Shown here: positions 1 through 8,709 of the stretch, piece by piece
Position numbering within the stretch: position 1 is the stretch's first letter
Layout of the letters: the number at the start of each line of letters is the position of its first letter
Assembly (NCBI GenBank): GCA_041747555.1
Contig: JBGTEY010000010.1
Location: 2,958 to 66,957, forward strand
Origin: Patescibacteria group bacterium
GTDB lineage: Bacteria > Patescibacteriota > Microgenomatia > UBA1400 > PJMF01
Direction: 5' to 3'
Length of the DNA: 64,000 nucleotides
Notes under the pieces: generated by a model
Databases searched by the model: none
What the model saw: only the letters and a program-made list of their open reading frames with translations
What the model was told of the DNA's origin: nothing
Translations under genes and position numbers: made by a program

Positions 1-288
1 GTCACCCATCTTTCTGGCAAGAAATCAAGATTGTCGGTTCGAGGGAGCTCTGTGACACCGTACGGAAGAGCACCCCAGGAATATTTCCAGTATGCTGGAG
101 CCATGCCATGGTTGTAGGCGGCGAATTCTTTTGATGCGAATACCATGCCAATGTACCAATACTCATATTTAGACGTTTACTATTTTGATAGTATATACAG
201 ATATGAGGAACTACAAGTACATTTTTTGTAGTTGAAGACCATAAAGCACCATCGAAAATATTGCAATACTATTTACAAAGACATTATC

Positions 289-642
289 ATGCCAAAACAC
301 CCCATCTACACCACCAGCTTCGCCAGCGTCTACCCTCATTACATTGCCAAGGCAGAGAAAAAAGGTCGAACCAAGGCAGAAGTTGATGAAATTATTCGGT
401 GGCTCACCGGACATACTCAGAAGTCACTGGACGCTGAGCTTAAAAAAGAAACTGATTTTGAAACATTTTTTGCAACAGCTCCCAAGATGAACCCGGCTCG
501 CAGATCGATCACGGGTGTTATTTACGGTATCCGGGTCGAGGACATCAAAGAACCTACCATGCAAGAAATTCGCTATCTGGATAAGTTGGTAGATGAGCTG
601 GCGCGGGGGAGGAGCATGGAGAAGATTTTGCGAACTGAGTGA
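289..642 (+). CDS. DUF2200 family protein
   Basis: Track ORF 232..642. Residues [41 protein letters not shown] match the conserved DUF2200 N-terminus. Start placed at in-frame ATG 289 to give the typical ~115 aa length. Confidence 0.6.
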   Translation: MPKHPIYTTSFASVYPHYIAKAEKKGRTKAEVDEIIRWLTGHTQKSLDAELKKETDFETFFATAPKMNPARRSITGVIYGIRVEDIKEPTMQEIRYLDKLVDELARGRSMEKILRTE

Positions 643-760
643 TACTTTTGTTAGAATAGTGTAAGAAAACAGTAAGAGAAAAAGCTAATTTAGCACTATA
701 CACCAACCCTTTTCAACTATACAATGGCTATAGAATGATATAAAAGAAAAAAAGGGTTAT

Positions 761-1108
761 ATGACAGAATTCGTAGAACAAGTCAAAGTAAAAGCATCAG
801 GAACAGAAAAAATTGAGTACATCATTTATTACATACTCGGTGCACTCGAGTTGATTCTTGCGTTCCGCTTATTGCTCAAGCTCTTGGGCGCGAGCACTGG
901 CAGCGGATTTGTGCGGGCAATCTATGGTATTTCCTCGATATTTGTGATGCCATTTCAGGGCATATTTCGAACAGCAGTTGCGCAGGGTGCAGAAACTGCG
1001 TCGGTGTTTGAGCCGGCCACACTGGTTGCGATCATCGTCTACGGCATTGCAGCTTGGGGTCTGGTGAAGTTGATTCGAATTTCTTCGGGTGAGACGCAGC
1101 CGGAATAG
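761..1108 (+). CDS. YggT-family small integral membrane protein
   Basis: 115 aa with two hydrophobic segments and a YGGT-like pattern (ILAFRLLLKLLGAS...FVMPF). Confidence 0.45.
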   Translation: MTEFVEQVKVKASGTEKIEYIIYYILGALELILAFRLLLKLLGASTGSGFVRAIYGISSIFVMPFQGIFRTAVAQGAETASVFEPATLVAIIVYGIAAWGLVKLIRISSGETQPE

Positions 1109-1155
1109 AAAATAGTTTAGCAGTCTGTTAGGATGCACTTATAGAGTGCATTCCT

Positions 1156-1584
1156 ATGACCAAAGGCATCAACTACATCGGCGTTTCCGTTTCTTTTTTC
1201 TGTCATGATGGTAAGGGGAATTATTTGTTCAGCAAACGAAGTAAAAACTGTCGTGATGAGCATGGTCGCTGGGATCCGGGTGGTGGTGGAGTGGAGTTTG
1301 GCGAACGCGTAGAAGAAGTCCTCAAAAAAGAAATCAAAGAAGAATACTGTGCCGATATCCTAGAAAAAGAATTTCTTGGGTTTCGTGACGTGCACCGCAC
1401 CCATGATGGCCAACAGACCCACTGGGTGACGTTGGATTACAAAGTGTTGCTTGATCCAACGCAGGTTAAGAACGGCGAGCCACATAAATTTGATGAGCTG
1501 GCGTGGTTTCGGCTCGATGCGTTACCCGAGCCGATGCATTCCCAGTTTGGGTTGGCGGTGGAGCAGTATGGGGATAAGTTGTAG
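1156..1584 (+). CDS. NUDIX hydrolase
   Basis: Nudix box GGGVEFGERVEEVLKKEIKEE (Gx5Ex7REUxEExGU). Confidence 0.75.
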   Translation: MTKGINYIGVSVSFFCHDGKGNYLFSKRSKNCRDEHGRWDPGGGGVEFGERVEEVLKKEIKEEYCADILEKEFLGFRDVHRTHDGQQTHWVTLDYKVLLDPTQVKNGEPHKFDELAWFRLDALPEPMHSQFGLAVEQYGDKL

Positions 1585-1586
1585 AC

Positions 1587-2645
1587 TCAGCCTTTGTCCT
1601 CTGCAAACGACGCCTTCATATCAATCACAAACCGCTTCGACATCATCTTATTGGTCAAAGAATCCCAAGCCTTATTAATATCTTCCATCGGAATAATCTC
1701 AATTTCTGGTAAAATTCCATGCTCCGCGCTGTACTCGAGCATTTCTTGGGTTTCTTTGATGCCGCCGATGCCAGAGCCTGCAATAGATTTTTGACCGTTT
1801 ATGACACTCCCGGAGTGATATCCAGGCATTGGCTCGATTGGCCCAACCAAGCACAGGGTGCCATGTACATTTAGCAATCCTAGATATGGGGTTACATCAT
1901 GGGCTTTTGGAATGGTGTCGAGGATAAAATCAAACTTGTGAGCAGCTTTTTCCATGTCTTTTTTAGAAGAAGAAACGATTACGCCAGTTGCGCCATAGGA
2001 TTTAGCAGTATCAGCCTTATCTGCAGATGAAGTGATCACCCAGACCTCTGCACCCATCGCCTTTGCATATTTCACTGCCATGTGCCCAAGGCCACCAAGC
2101 CCAGCCACGGCCACGGTCATGCCTGGCCCAACTTTCCAGCGACGAAGCGGTGAATAGGTGGTGATGCCCGCACACAGTAATGGAGCAGCTTCTGCCAGAT
2201 CGAGTGATTCTGGTAAATGCAAGACAAAATGCTCTGGGACGACAATTAAAGTAGAGTAGCCGCCTTTGGTATCGGTGCCATCGACAGGGTCTTTGGAGCT
2301 GTAAGTCCACACGGTAGCATCGAAACATGCATTCTCATACCCACGCTCACACGCGCCGCACTCGCCACAGCTATTGACCATGCAGCCAACCCCAACGCGG
2401 TCACCGACTTTAAAATTTTTCACGTCTTTACCCACGCGAGTCACAAATCCCACAATCTCATGCCCGGGAACACACGGATACTCAACCTCACCCCAATCAC
2501 CATGGGCTGTGTGGATGTCGCTGTGACAAACGCCACAGTAATGAACTTCTATTTCGACGTCGGTGGCGGTTGGTTCGCGGCGGTCAAATTCGTGGTAGGT
2601 AAGAGGTTTATCAGCGGCAGGCGCTGCGAAGGATTTGGTTTTCAT
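1587..2645 (-). CDS. Zn-dependent NAD(P)-linked alcohol dehydrogenase (MDR superfamily, cinnamyl-ADH/YahK-like)
   Basis: Catalytic-Zn motif CGVCHSD...GHEIVG, structural-Zn Cys cluster CGECGACERGYENAC, and Rossmann motif VAGLGGLGHMAV. Convergent with the NUDIX gene at a 2-bp gap. Confidence 0.85.
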   Translation of the reverse strand: MKTKSFAAPAADKPLTYHEFDRREPTATDVEIEVHYCGVCHSDIHTAHGDWGEVEYPCVPGHEIVGFVTRVGKDVKNFKVGDRVGVGCMVNSCGECGACERGYENACFDATVWTYSSKDPVDGTDTKGGYSTLIVVPEHFVLHLPESLDLAEAAPLLCAGITTYSPLRRWKVGPGMTVAVAGLGGLGHMAVKYAKAMGAEVWVITSSADKADTAKSYGATGVIVSSSKKDMEKAAHKFDFILDTIPKAHDVTPYLGLLNVHGTLCLVGPIEPMPGYHSGSVINGQKSIAGSGIGGIKETQEMLEYSAEHGILPEIEIIPMEDINKAWDSLTNKMMSKRFVIDMKASFAEDKG

Positions 2646-2739
2646 AATTTTATTATCTCATGGGGGTGGGGTTTTGCAAGGGAGTTGAAAGGAAGCGTTG
2701 ATATAGTTTGGTATCGCAATGTATCATTGCTTGCGGTAT

Positions 2740-2824
2740 GTTACATTAGAGTTGACATTATATGAATAATAGTTTACATTAGAGTTTACATTAAGATTAA
2801 TTATATTACATTAAGGATTACAAT
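2740..2824. promoter_or_regulatory. Array of T(T/G)ACATTA direct repeats in a divergent promoter
   Basis: TTACATTA or TGACATTA at 2741, 2753, 2774, 2786 and 2806, plus a degenerate TTACAAT at 2818. They are organised as two 21-22 bp units GTTACATTAGAGTTGACATTA and GTTTACATTAGAGTTTACATTA. The array lies between the ADH start (2645, minus strand) and the regulator start (2829, plus strand). Confidence 0.5.
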
Positions 2825-2828
2825 AAAC

Positions 2829-3851
2829 ATGACAATCAAATCACTAATTCTAAAAATTGCAGACAAGAAAAAAAAGATGCAAACCTCAGATATCCAGAGG
2901 AAAACTAACGAATATACGAGACAGTATATCGTGCAAAACTTAAAGGAGCTCACGAACAGTGGGCAATTGGTCAGGTTTGGAGCGGGTGCAGGAACGTTTT
3001 ATACACTGCCAGAAAATGTAATGTCTCTGAATAATAAATTAAAAAAAAGACTAAAGAACAAAAACCTAAAGGAGCACGAAATATACTTTCATTTTGAACA
3101 GAAACTTCATTTGAAGGAAACACTTGACGAAAACGTATATAGTATTTTTACTTATGCATTCTCAGAAATGTTAAATAATGCAATTGAGCACTCCGAATCA
3201 GAGAATATCGAAGTGAGTTATTTTGATAGTAAAAAAAATATATCTTTTGAGATTAGAGACTTCGGCATTGGTGCATTCAAAAATGTACAGCATAAGCATA
3301 AGTTGAAATCAGAGCTAGAGGCCATTCAAGATATACTTAAAGGTAAGACAACCACGAATCCCAAAGCCCATTCTGGTCAAGGAATTTTCTTTACTTCAAA
3401 AATTGCTGATTTATTTATTCTCGAGAGTTATGGGTATCGGTTGAGAATCGATAATGGAATCCCAGATACCTTTATCGAGAAGGTATCACCAAGTGCTAGA
3501 GGCACTAAAGTAAATTTTACTATCAGCGCAAATTCTGAAAAGCATTTAAGTGATGTTTTTTCAGCCTATCAGACAGATCCCGATGGGTATGACTTCGATA
3601 AAACCAGAATTCTAGTTAAGCTATACACATTAGGAACTGTGTATGTGTCTCGGTCTCAGGCAAGGAGAATACTAGCTAGTTTGGAAAAATATAAACATAT
3701 TGTTCTTGATTTTCAAAATGTACCAACGATAGGACAAGCGTTTGCCGACGAGATTTTCAGAGTCTTTCAAACCAGACACCCCGATATAGTTATTGAGCCC
3801 GTTAATATGGTAGAAACAGTGGAATTCATGGTTAAGCGAGTTGATAGGTAG
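2829..3851 (+). CDS. Putative one-polypeptide regulator: N-terminal winged-helix-like segment + GHKL (RsbW/SpoIIAB-like) ATP-binding domain + C-terminal STAS-like (DUF4325) domain
   Basis: N-box EMLNNAIEH, G1 box IRDFGIGA and G2-like GQGIFFTSKIAD. C-terminal SRSQARRILASLEKYKHIVLDFQNVPTIGQAFADEIFRVF resembles the DUF4325 STAS-like domain. Confidence 0.5.
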   Translation: MTIKSLILKIADKKKKMQTSDIQRKTNEYTRQYIVQNLKELTNSGQLVRFGAGAGTFYTLPENVMSLNNKLKKRLKNKNLKEHEIYFHFEQKLHLKETLDENVYSIFTYAFSEMLNNAIEHSESENIEVSYFDSKKNISFEIRDFGIGAFKNVQHKHKLKSELEAIQDILKGKTTTNPKAHSGQGIFFTSKIADLFILESYGYRLRIDNGIPDTFIEKVSPSARGTKVNFTISANSEKHLSDVFSAYQTDPDGYDFDKTRILVKLYTLGTVYVSRSQARRILASLEKYKHIVLDFQNVPTIGQAFADEIFRVFQTRHPDIVIEPVNMVETVEFMVKRVDR

Positions 3852-3925
3852 GGTGCGCGTGGAACTCAGTCCAATGCTCCAGCATTGCAATTCGAATCTA
3901 ATCGGTCCTCTGCTACAATATATTC

Positions 3926-4345
3926 ATGAAATTCCTCAACGCAGACCAAGAACTCGTAGAGTACGACGGCTCTCCCATAACCTGGAGAGTTTCAGCATAT
4001 GCACTTATTGAAAAAGATGGCGAAATTTTCATCATAAAAAATAAAACAGAAAAATTGTACGACATCGTGGGTGGTGGCGTTGAAATTGGCGAAACCATTG
4101 ACGAAGCCCTGCAGAGAGAATGTTTAGAAGAAGGTGGCATCACTATCCAGACTGGCAAGTTGCTGCACGCCCATGTTGATTGGTTTTATCACAAGAGCGG
4201 GACGTTTTTTCAGACGTGTCAGCTATTTTATAGAGCGACCATACAAGAATACTTAGATGCACCCACTGATGATGCTATGGAATGGCGGGGATTTGTTCCC
4301 GTGTCTGAGATTGGCAAAACATATCGATTGCCACCAATTGTATAA
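3926..4345 (+). CDS. NUDIX hydrolase
   Basis: Nudix box GGGVEIGETIDEALQRECLEEGG. Confidence 0.7.
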   Translation: MKFLNADQELVEYDGSPITWRVSAYALIEKDGEIFIIKNKTEKLYDIVGGGVEIGETIDEALQRECLEEGGITIQTGKLLHAHVDWFYHKSGTFFQTCQLFYRATIQEYLDAPTDDAMEWRGFVPVSEIGKTYRLPPIV

Positions 4346-4377
4346 CAAGTCATTGCAGAAAATACATAGGAGAAATC

Positions 4378-4983
4378 ATGCCAAAAGCACCAAAAAACCC
4401 AAGTAAGCCAATCGAGCGCGCAGAAATGAGGCAGACGCTCACCGCAGAAGAATGTCAGATGATCCTCAAAAAACTCCAGAATCGTTTTGATGCAAACATG
4501 CAGCGACACAAGGGCATGACGTGGTCCAGCGTTCATGAAAAACTTAAAAAACACCCCAAGAAATTACTCACACTCGAGGCAATGGAACGCTCAGGCGGTG
4601 AACCTGATGTGGTGGTGCTCAAAGGTGAATCTGACAAAGTAATTTTCATAGACTGCTCCCCAGAAAGCCCAAAAGGCCGCAGGAGCACCTGCTTTGATCC
4701 AGAATCACTCAAATCCAGAAAAGAACACAAGCCAAACGCCAGCGCGGTTGGCATGGCGAAAGCTATGGGTATTGAAATCCTCACAGAGCAGCAGTACAGA
4801 CAACTACAAGAAGTCGGGGAGTTTGATCTCAAGACCTCTAGTTGGGTTCAGACTCCTGCTGCCATCAGAAAGCTTGGTGGAGCGCTGTTTTGTGACCGGC
4901 GGTATGATGCGGTTTTTATGTATCATAATGGCGCGGAGTCGTATTATGGATCGAGAGGGTTTCGGGGGATGGTGCGGGTTTGA
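4378..4983 (+). CDS. DUF4256 family protein
   Basis: 201 aa. The pattern ...HKGMTWSSVHEKL...ERSGGEPDVV...CSPESPKGRRSTCFD...EHKPNASAVGMA...SSWVQTP..IRKLGGALFCDRRY...YHNGAESYY is characteristic of DUF4256. Confidence 0.6.
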   Translation: MPKAPKNPSKPIERAEMRQTLTAEECQMILKKLQNRFDANMQRHKGMTWSSVHEKLKKHPKKLLTLEAMERSGGEPDVVVLKGESDKVIFIDCSPESPKGRRSTCFDPESLKSRKEHKPNASAVGMAKAMGIEILTEQQYRQLQEVGEFDLKTSSWVQTPAAIRKLGGALFCDRRYDAVFMYHNGAESYYGSRGFRGMVRV

Positions 4984-5038
4984 GTGAGGTAGACGCGATG
5001 CTTGTCAGTTGGGGTGACGAAAAGTAGCGCTCTAATGA

Positions 5039-5743
5039 TTACATCCTTTTGAAATCTCTAAACACATGTTTTGTTACTTTTGCAATTACGCCCCTGGGCA
5101 TTTGAGGCAATGCTGCGAGTGATTTCAATGCAAACGTTGTTGCTAAAACAACTGCAAGTGAGAGACGATTATGATGCGCGATCTGTCCTTTTTCCCTATC
5201 TTCTTCGATATCAATAAGTGAATCAAATATATTTGCAGCCTGAGCAACGGTGGTGAGCCATTTTTTAATGTTTTCAAACTCGTTTTTGTCGATATCATCT
5301 TCAATGATGCTCAGTAGAAAATCGATTGTTGAGACTGCTTCAGTGAGTGTGCTCTTGGTGAATGATGTTACGCTTTGAGCGTTTTTTACGAGCTCTGTAG
5401 TTTGAAAAAGCTGTATGGCTTTCATTCTAACCTTCTTCGATTTTTCAGGTGGAAAGGAGGCAACATAGTACTTAAGGAAAATTTGCGGGAAAGACATTTG
5501 ATCAATGCTAACTTCTGTTTCAGAAAACAATTGATCGACAAGCGTTGTCGCAACCTGATTGCGCTTTTCATTTGACGGTAGTGCATCAAGTATTTCGTCA
5601 GCTTCCTTAATAGCCATCATGGCATATTGAAGTATTTGTTCAACTTCATGACGTTCAACACTCGGATCTTTACATTCAATTAGCCTAGCAAGGTAGATTC
5701 CTGCATCTCCGTATAGCTTGGTTGGTCGCGTAATTTCGTGCAT
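5039..5743 (-). CDS. Hypothetical protein; weak resemblance to head-to-head trans-isoprenyl diphosphate synthase (squalene/phytoene synthase-like) fold
   Basis: 234 aa. Has D49-EIL-D53 and QAANIFDSLIDIEEDREKGQI (res 168-188, DxxxD at 174-178 and 178-182). Their spacing is like the two Mg-binding DxxxD motifs of CrtM/SQS/PSY (..NIxRDxxEDxxxGRxY). The protein is shorter than canonical members. Confidence 0.45.
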   Translation of the reverse strand: MHEITRPTKLYGDAGIYLARLIECKDPSVERHEVEQILQYAMMAIKEADEILDALPSNEKRNQVATTLVDQLFSETEVSIDQMSFPQIFLKYYVASFPPEKSKKVRMKAIQLFQTTELVKNAQSVTSFTKSTLTEAVSTIDFLLSIIEDDIDKNEFENIKKWLTTVAQAANIFDSLIDIEEDREKGQIAHHNRLSLAVVLATTFALKSLAALPQMPRGVIAKVTKHVFRDFKRM

Positions 5744-5808
5744 GAGGCGTATATATTGATATGTTGGCTCGATCAGTACTTTTTGCTATATAATTATACA
5801 TCAAAACC

Positions 5809-7347
5809 ATGCTAAAGCGCACAATTGAACTAGCTAGAAACACTTTGCAAGCAAAGAATGACTTCCAGGCTCTCAAAATGAGAAGGCCAGTTAATTTTTT
5901 TGAAGTCACTGCATTTGGTTCTCTCATGTCGCTGTCAAAAGACCTACCGGCACCATCAAAAATGGGGATACAACATCTGTATCTGCTTCAAGATTTTATG
6001 GAGCGCCAAAACTTTCGCACTGATGAGGCAGGTATGAGTGAGTCAATCTGGGACCAGCAATGCATTCTAGAGCTCCATGCACTACTGTCTCAGATAGCAG
6101 CTGAGTATGAGAACACACATGGTGACGATGCAGAATCTCGTTTCTCGGTATTTTTTTCAGCTCTACAAGCTTGGTACTGCAGTAATCCGATTATCGAGGA
6201 TTTTATTCATGAAAAACAAGCTCATCCAGATCCAGACCAGTCAGCCATCTTGAACAGGATATCTAACACAGACCCATCAGAAAGAGCAAGTGTTCATAAA
6301 GAGGAAGTAGCCATGCTTTGGATTTCTGCATCATTAGCCGCATTGTATGAGGGGTCGAGTACAGAAATTGAAAGTGCCACTGAATGTACGCATACACTGA
6401 CAATGCTCTATCAAGTTTCTGAAGATTTTGTTAATCTCGAGCGAGATTGGAGGGTGAATAAAAAATCGCTATTCACGTCTGGTTTTGATTCGCTTCAAGA
6501 AGCAAAGCGAGCAGGGCTGAAATTGTTCTTAAAATATTTGCAGAAATACTTTTCTGTGATAGAAAATAATTTTCTAAAGCTTGTTATTGTAGAAGTTTGG
6601 CTTGTGCGTACTATTCACGCGTATTTGGCAGCAAAGAAGTATGGCACTGTCTGGCGTCAAATTGATCGATATCAATCCGCAGATCTAAAGGAGCGGCAAA
6701 TAGGTGGAATGCATTTAGATAATTCTTTACAACTCCCGCTCAAGGGGGGATTGAAGCCACTCATTGCCCAGTCCAAACATTCAGATGTGTATCAGCACGA
6801 GGATGTGGTGATCAAGGTCCCCAAAAAGGCGCGCGAAAGTACACACACGCTTGCTGAAATAGTGGAAGTACCAGAGGGCATGCGAGTTGAGTCAACCAGT
6901 GATGTTTTGATATCAGGGAATGATGCCGAAGGAATGCAAATATCAGTACAGAAAAAAGTTGATGGTTCTACACTGAGAAACATGGGTTTAGAAGGTTTGT
7001 CAGTAGATGCACTGCAGTCACTTCTGCAGCTGAATGCAATCGAGCAGAACTTGCTGCGCGACGGCATGTTCTTTGACTCGGTTGGCAGGGGTTCTGAATC
7101 GAGTGACGGGATGCTCACTAAGGTAAAAATGCTCCTAAATTTGTATGGATACTCCTCTAATATCATGCAATCTCAGGATGGAGAACTAGTTATTATTGAT
7201 GAGGAAGTATATGACAACAAATCCCCATTATTTCGTTTCGTCATCGGGGTGGCACTGAAGCTAAATAGGCTGAAACTATCAGGACTAGCTAAAAAGCAGC
7301 CTAATTTAAAACCAAAATCCCGGCATTCAAAAGCGTCGCAAAACTAA
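5809..7347 (+). CDS. Hypothetical 512-aa protein: helical N-terminal half, C-terminal half with a protein-kinase-like motif order (speculative)
   Basis: Divergent from 5039..5743. C-terminal VVIKVPKK (beta3-Lys-like), LLRDGMFFDS (catalytic-loop-like) and LVIIDEEVYD (DFG-like Asp) occur in kinase order. No confident family assignment. Confidence 0.5.
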   Translation: MLKRTIELARNTLQAKNDFQALKMRRPVNFFEVTAFGSLMSLSKDLPAPSKMGIQHLYLLQDFMERQNFRTDEAGMSESIWDQQCILELHALLSQIAAEYENTHGDDAESRFSVFFSALQAWYCSNPIIEDFIHEKQAHPDPDQSAILNRISNTDPSERASVHKEEVAMLWISASLAALYEGSSTEIESATECTHTLTMLYQVSEDFVNLERDWRVNKKSLFTSGFDSLQEAKRAGLKLFLKYLQKYFSVIENNFLKLVIVEVWLVRTIHAYLAAKKYGTVWRQIDRYQSADLKERQIGGMHLDNSLQLPLKGGLKPLIAQSKHSDVYQHEDVVIKVPKKARESTHTLAEIVEVPEGMRVESTSDVLISGNDAEGMQISVQKKVDGSTLRNMGLEGLSVDALQSLLQLNAIEQNLLRDGMFFDSVGRGSESSDGMLTKVKMLLNLYGYSSNIMQSQDGELVIIDEEVYDNKSPLFRFVIGVALKLNRLKLSGLAKKQPNLKPKSRHSKASQN

Positions 7348-7771
7348 CCCACAGTAAATACGGCACCAAGAGATACGCCGCCCAACGCGACAGTGGATAA
7401 AATTTCTTAATCGTCAACACAATCATCACCCACATCGCGAGGATCACGACCAAAGCCAGCGCAGGTGATTTCAATCCAAAAAAGATCGGACTCCAAATAA
7501 AATTTAATGCCAACTGCGCTGCAAAATACTTGAGCGCGGTTCTATTTTTCTTCTTAGAAGTCCCTTGCTGCCAAACCAAATACAACGATACACCCATCAA
7601 AAAGTACAAAATCGTCCACGCAGGTCCAAACACCCAATTGGGTGGCGCAAAGAATGGTTTGTTGAGGGTGGCGTACCACGTGGGGATGGCGTTGATGGTG
7701 AACGGGGTGCCGAGGATGCCGGTGAGTTGGCAGAGGATTAGAGATGCGAGGAGTTTTTTTGGGTTTTGCAT
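7301..7771 (-). CDS. tspO: TspO/MBR family tryptophan-rich sensory protein
   Basis: 156 aa, 5 TM helices, conserved WYATLNKPFFAPPNWVFGPAWTILY and Trp-rich segments. Its 3' end overlaps the convergent 5809..7347 ORF by 47 bp. Confidence 0.8.
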   Translation of the reverse strand: MQNPKKLLASLILCQLTGILGTPFTINAIPTWYATLNKPFFAPPNWVFGPAWTILYFLMGVSLYLVWQQGTSKKKNRTALKYFAAQLALNFIWSPIFFGLKSPALALVVILAMWVMIVLTIKKFYPLSRWAAYLLVPYLLWVSFATLLNAGILVLN

Positions 7772-7844
7772 TGGTGTTAGTATGATGAAATTTTAGGTGG
7801 TGCGCAATGGAGTGTTGGCTAGTAGTTGATGATATGATTCAAGA

Positions 7845-8351
7845 ATGACAGAAATATCAAAATCCCACGCCATAAAAACCCTCAACACCGAGTACCAACG
7901 CTGGAACTCTTTTTTATCTAAAGTAGACGACACTACTGCACTCCAGGTTCTCTACGACAACCGACGCCTCAAAGACGAGGTGGCACACCTGTGGGCATGG
8001 CAGGTGTTGTCAGTTGCGCGGTTGAAGGCGGTGATTGAGGATACTGATCCTGATTTTTCTGAAATTATTAAGGATGATTTTGTACCTGAGAATGATGAGG
8101 AATGGGATGCGTTTAATGAATTAGTTTTTGTCACCTATCACGCAAAATCATGGAATGAAATCTATCAAGATTGGCAGGAGAATTATCAGAACTTCATGTC
8201 TCTGGCAGAAGAAATTTCTGAGGAGGTGTATTTAGAGCCAGGGTTGTTTGCATGGATGGGTGGGCAGGCGTTGATTGATGTGTTGTATGGGTCGGCGGGG
8301 CATCATGGGGGGCATTGGGGGAGTGTGGAGAAGATGAAGGGGTTAAAGTAG
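7845..8351 (+). CDS. DinB/YfiT-like four-helix-bundle protein (tentative)
   Basis: 168 aa, helical, with a C-terminal His cluster GHHGGHWGS reminiscent of the DinB_2 HxxHHRGQ motif. Low-confidence assignment. It sits 28 bp upstream of the MazG-like gene. Confidence 0.3.
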   Translation: MTEISKSHAIKTLNTEYQRWNSFLSKVDDTTALQVLYDNRRLKDEVAHLWAWQVLSVARLKAVIEDTDPDFSEIIKDDFVPENDEEWDAFNELVFVTYHAKSWNEIYQDWQENYQNFMSLAEEISEEVYLEPGLFAWMGGQALIDVLYGSAGHHGGHWGSVEKMKGLK

Positions 8352-8379
8352 CCTGTTTTTGATACAATACTACTCAAGA

Positions 8380-8709
8380 ATGAAAAAAATACTCCAAAAG
8401 TTACTTGAGTTTAGGGAACAACGTGATTGGCATCAATTTAATACACCTCAAAATATAGTAAAATCGATTGTTCTTGAAGCTGCGGAGTTACTCGAGGTCT
8501 TTCAATGGAAAATTAATGAGAAAATTGATTCCGAGGAAAAAGAAAAGATAGCAGAGGAAATGGCAGATATTTTCAACTGGTTGATCCTCCTTTCCCATGA
8601 CTTAAACATTGATATTCAAAAAGAGGCTCTAAAAAAAATAAAGCAAAATGCTGAAAAGTATCCAGTCAATAAATCAAAAGGTAGTCCCAAGAAATATACA
8701 CGCTTATGA
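8380..8709 (+). CDS. MazG-like nucleotide pyrophosphohydrolase (small all-alpha NTP-PPase)
   Basis: LEFREQRDWHQFNTPQNIVKSIVLEAAELLEVFQW...EEMADIFNWLILL matches the MazG-like/YpjD-type signature. The track ORF begins at TTG 8359; ATG 8380 is preferred. The stop overlaps the next start as ATGA (8706-8709). Confidence 0.6.
   Translation: MKKILQKLLEFREQRDWHQFNTPQNIVKSIVLEAAELLEVFQWKINEKIDSEEKEKIAEEMADIFNWLILLSHDLNIDIQKEALKKIKQNAEKYPVNKSKGSPKKYTRL

Noticed and set aside
1-166. Possible partial gene at the window start: minus-strand ATG at 166 reading out of the window (MSIGTLAWYSHQKNSPP...), or a plus-strand C-terminal fragment ending at the TGA at 127-129 (...WQEIKIVGSRELCDTVRKSTPGIFPVCWSHAMVVGGEFF).
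   Set aside because: Both readings are open and neither shows a recognisable motif. I cannot decide strand or reality from about 160 bp.
211-414. 67-aa minus-strand ORF overlapping the DUF2200 gene.
   Set aside because: Antisense to a well-supported gene and low-complexity. Likely spurious.
3873-3900. Small hairpin CAATGC-tcca-GCATTG followed by a TTCGAAT heptamer downstream of the regulator gene. Considered as a terminator or tRNA T-loop.
   Set aside because: No flanking T-stem complementarity or acceptor stem for a tRNA. The hairpin lacks a T-run, so it is at best a weak terminator.
5809-6450. Terpene-cyclase-like DDxxS (res 106-110) and (E)DFVNLERD (res 205-213) in the N-terminal half of the 512-aa protein.
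   Set aside because: Matches to DDxxD and NSE/DTE motifs are imperfect and the spacing is short. Too weak to claim.
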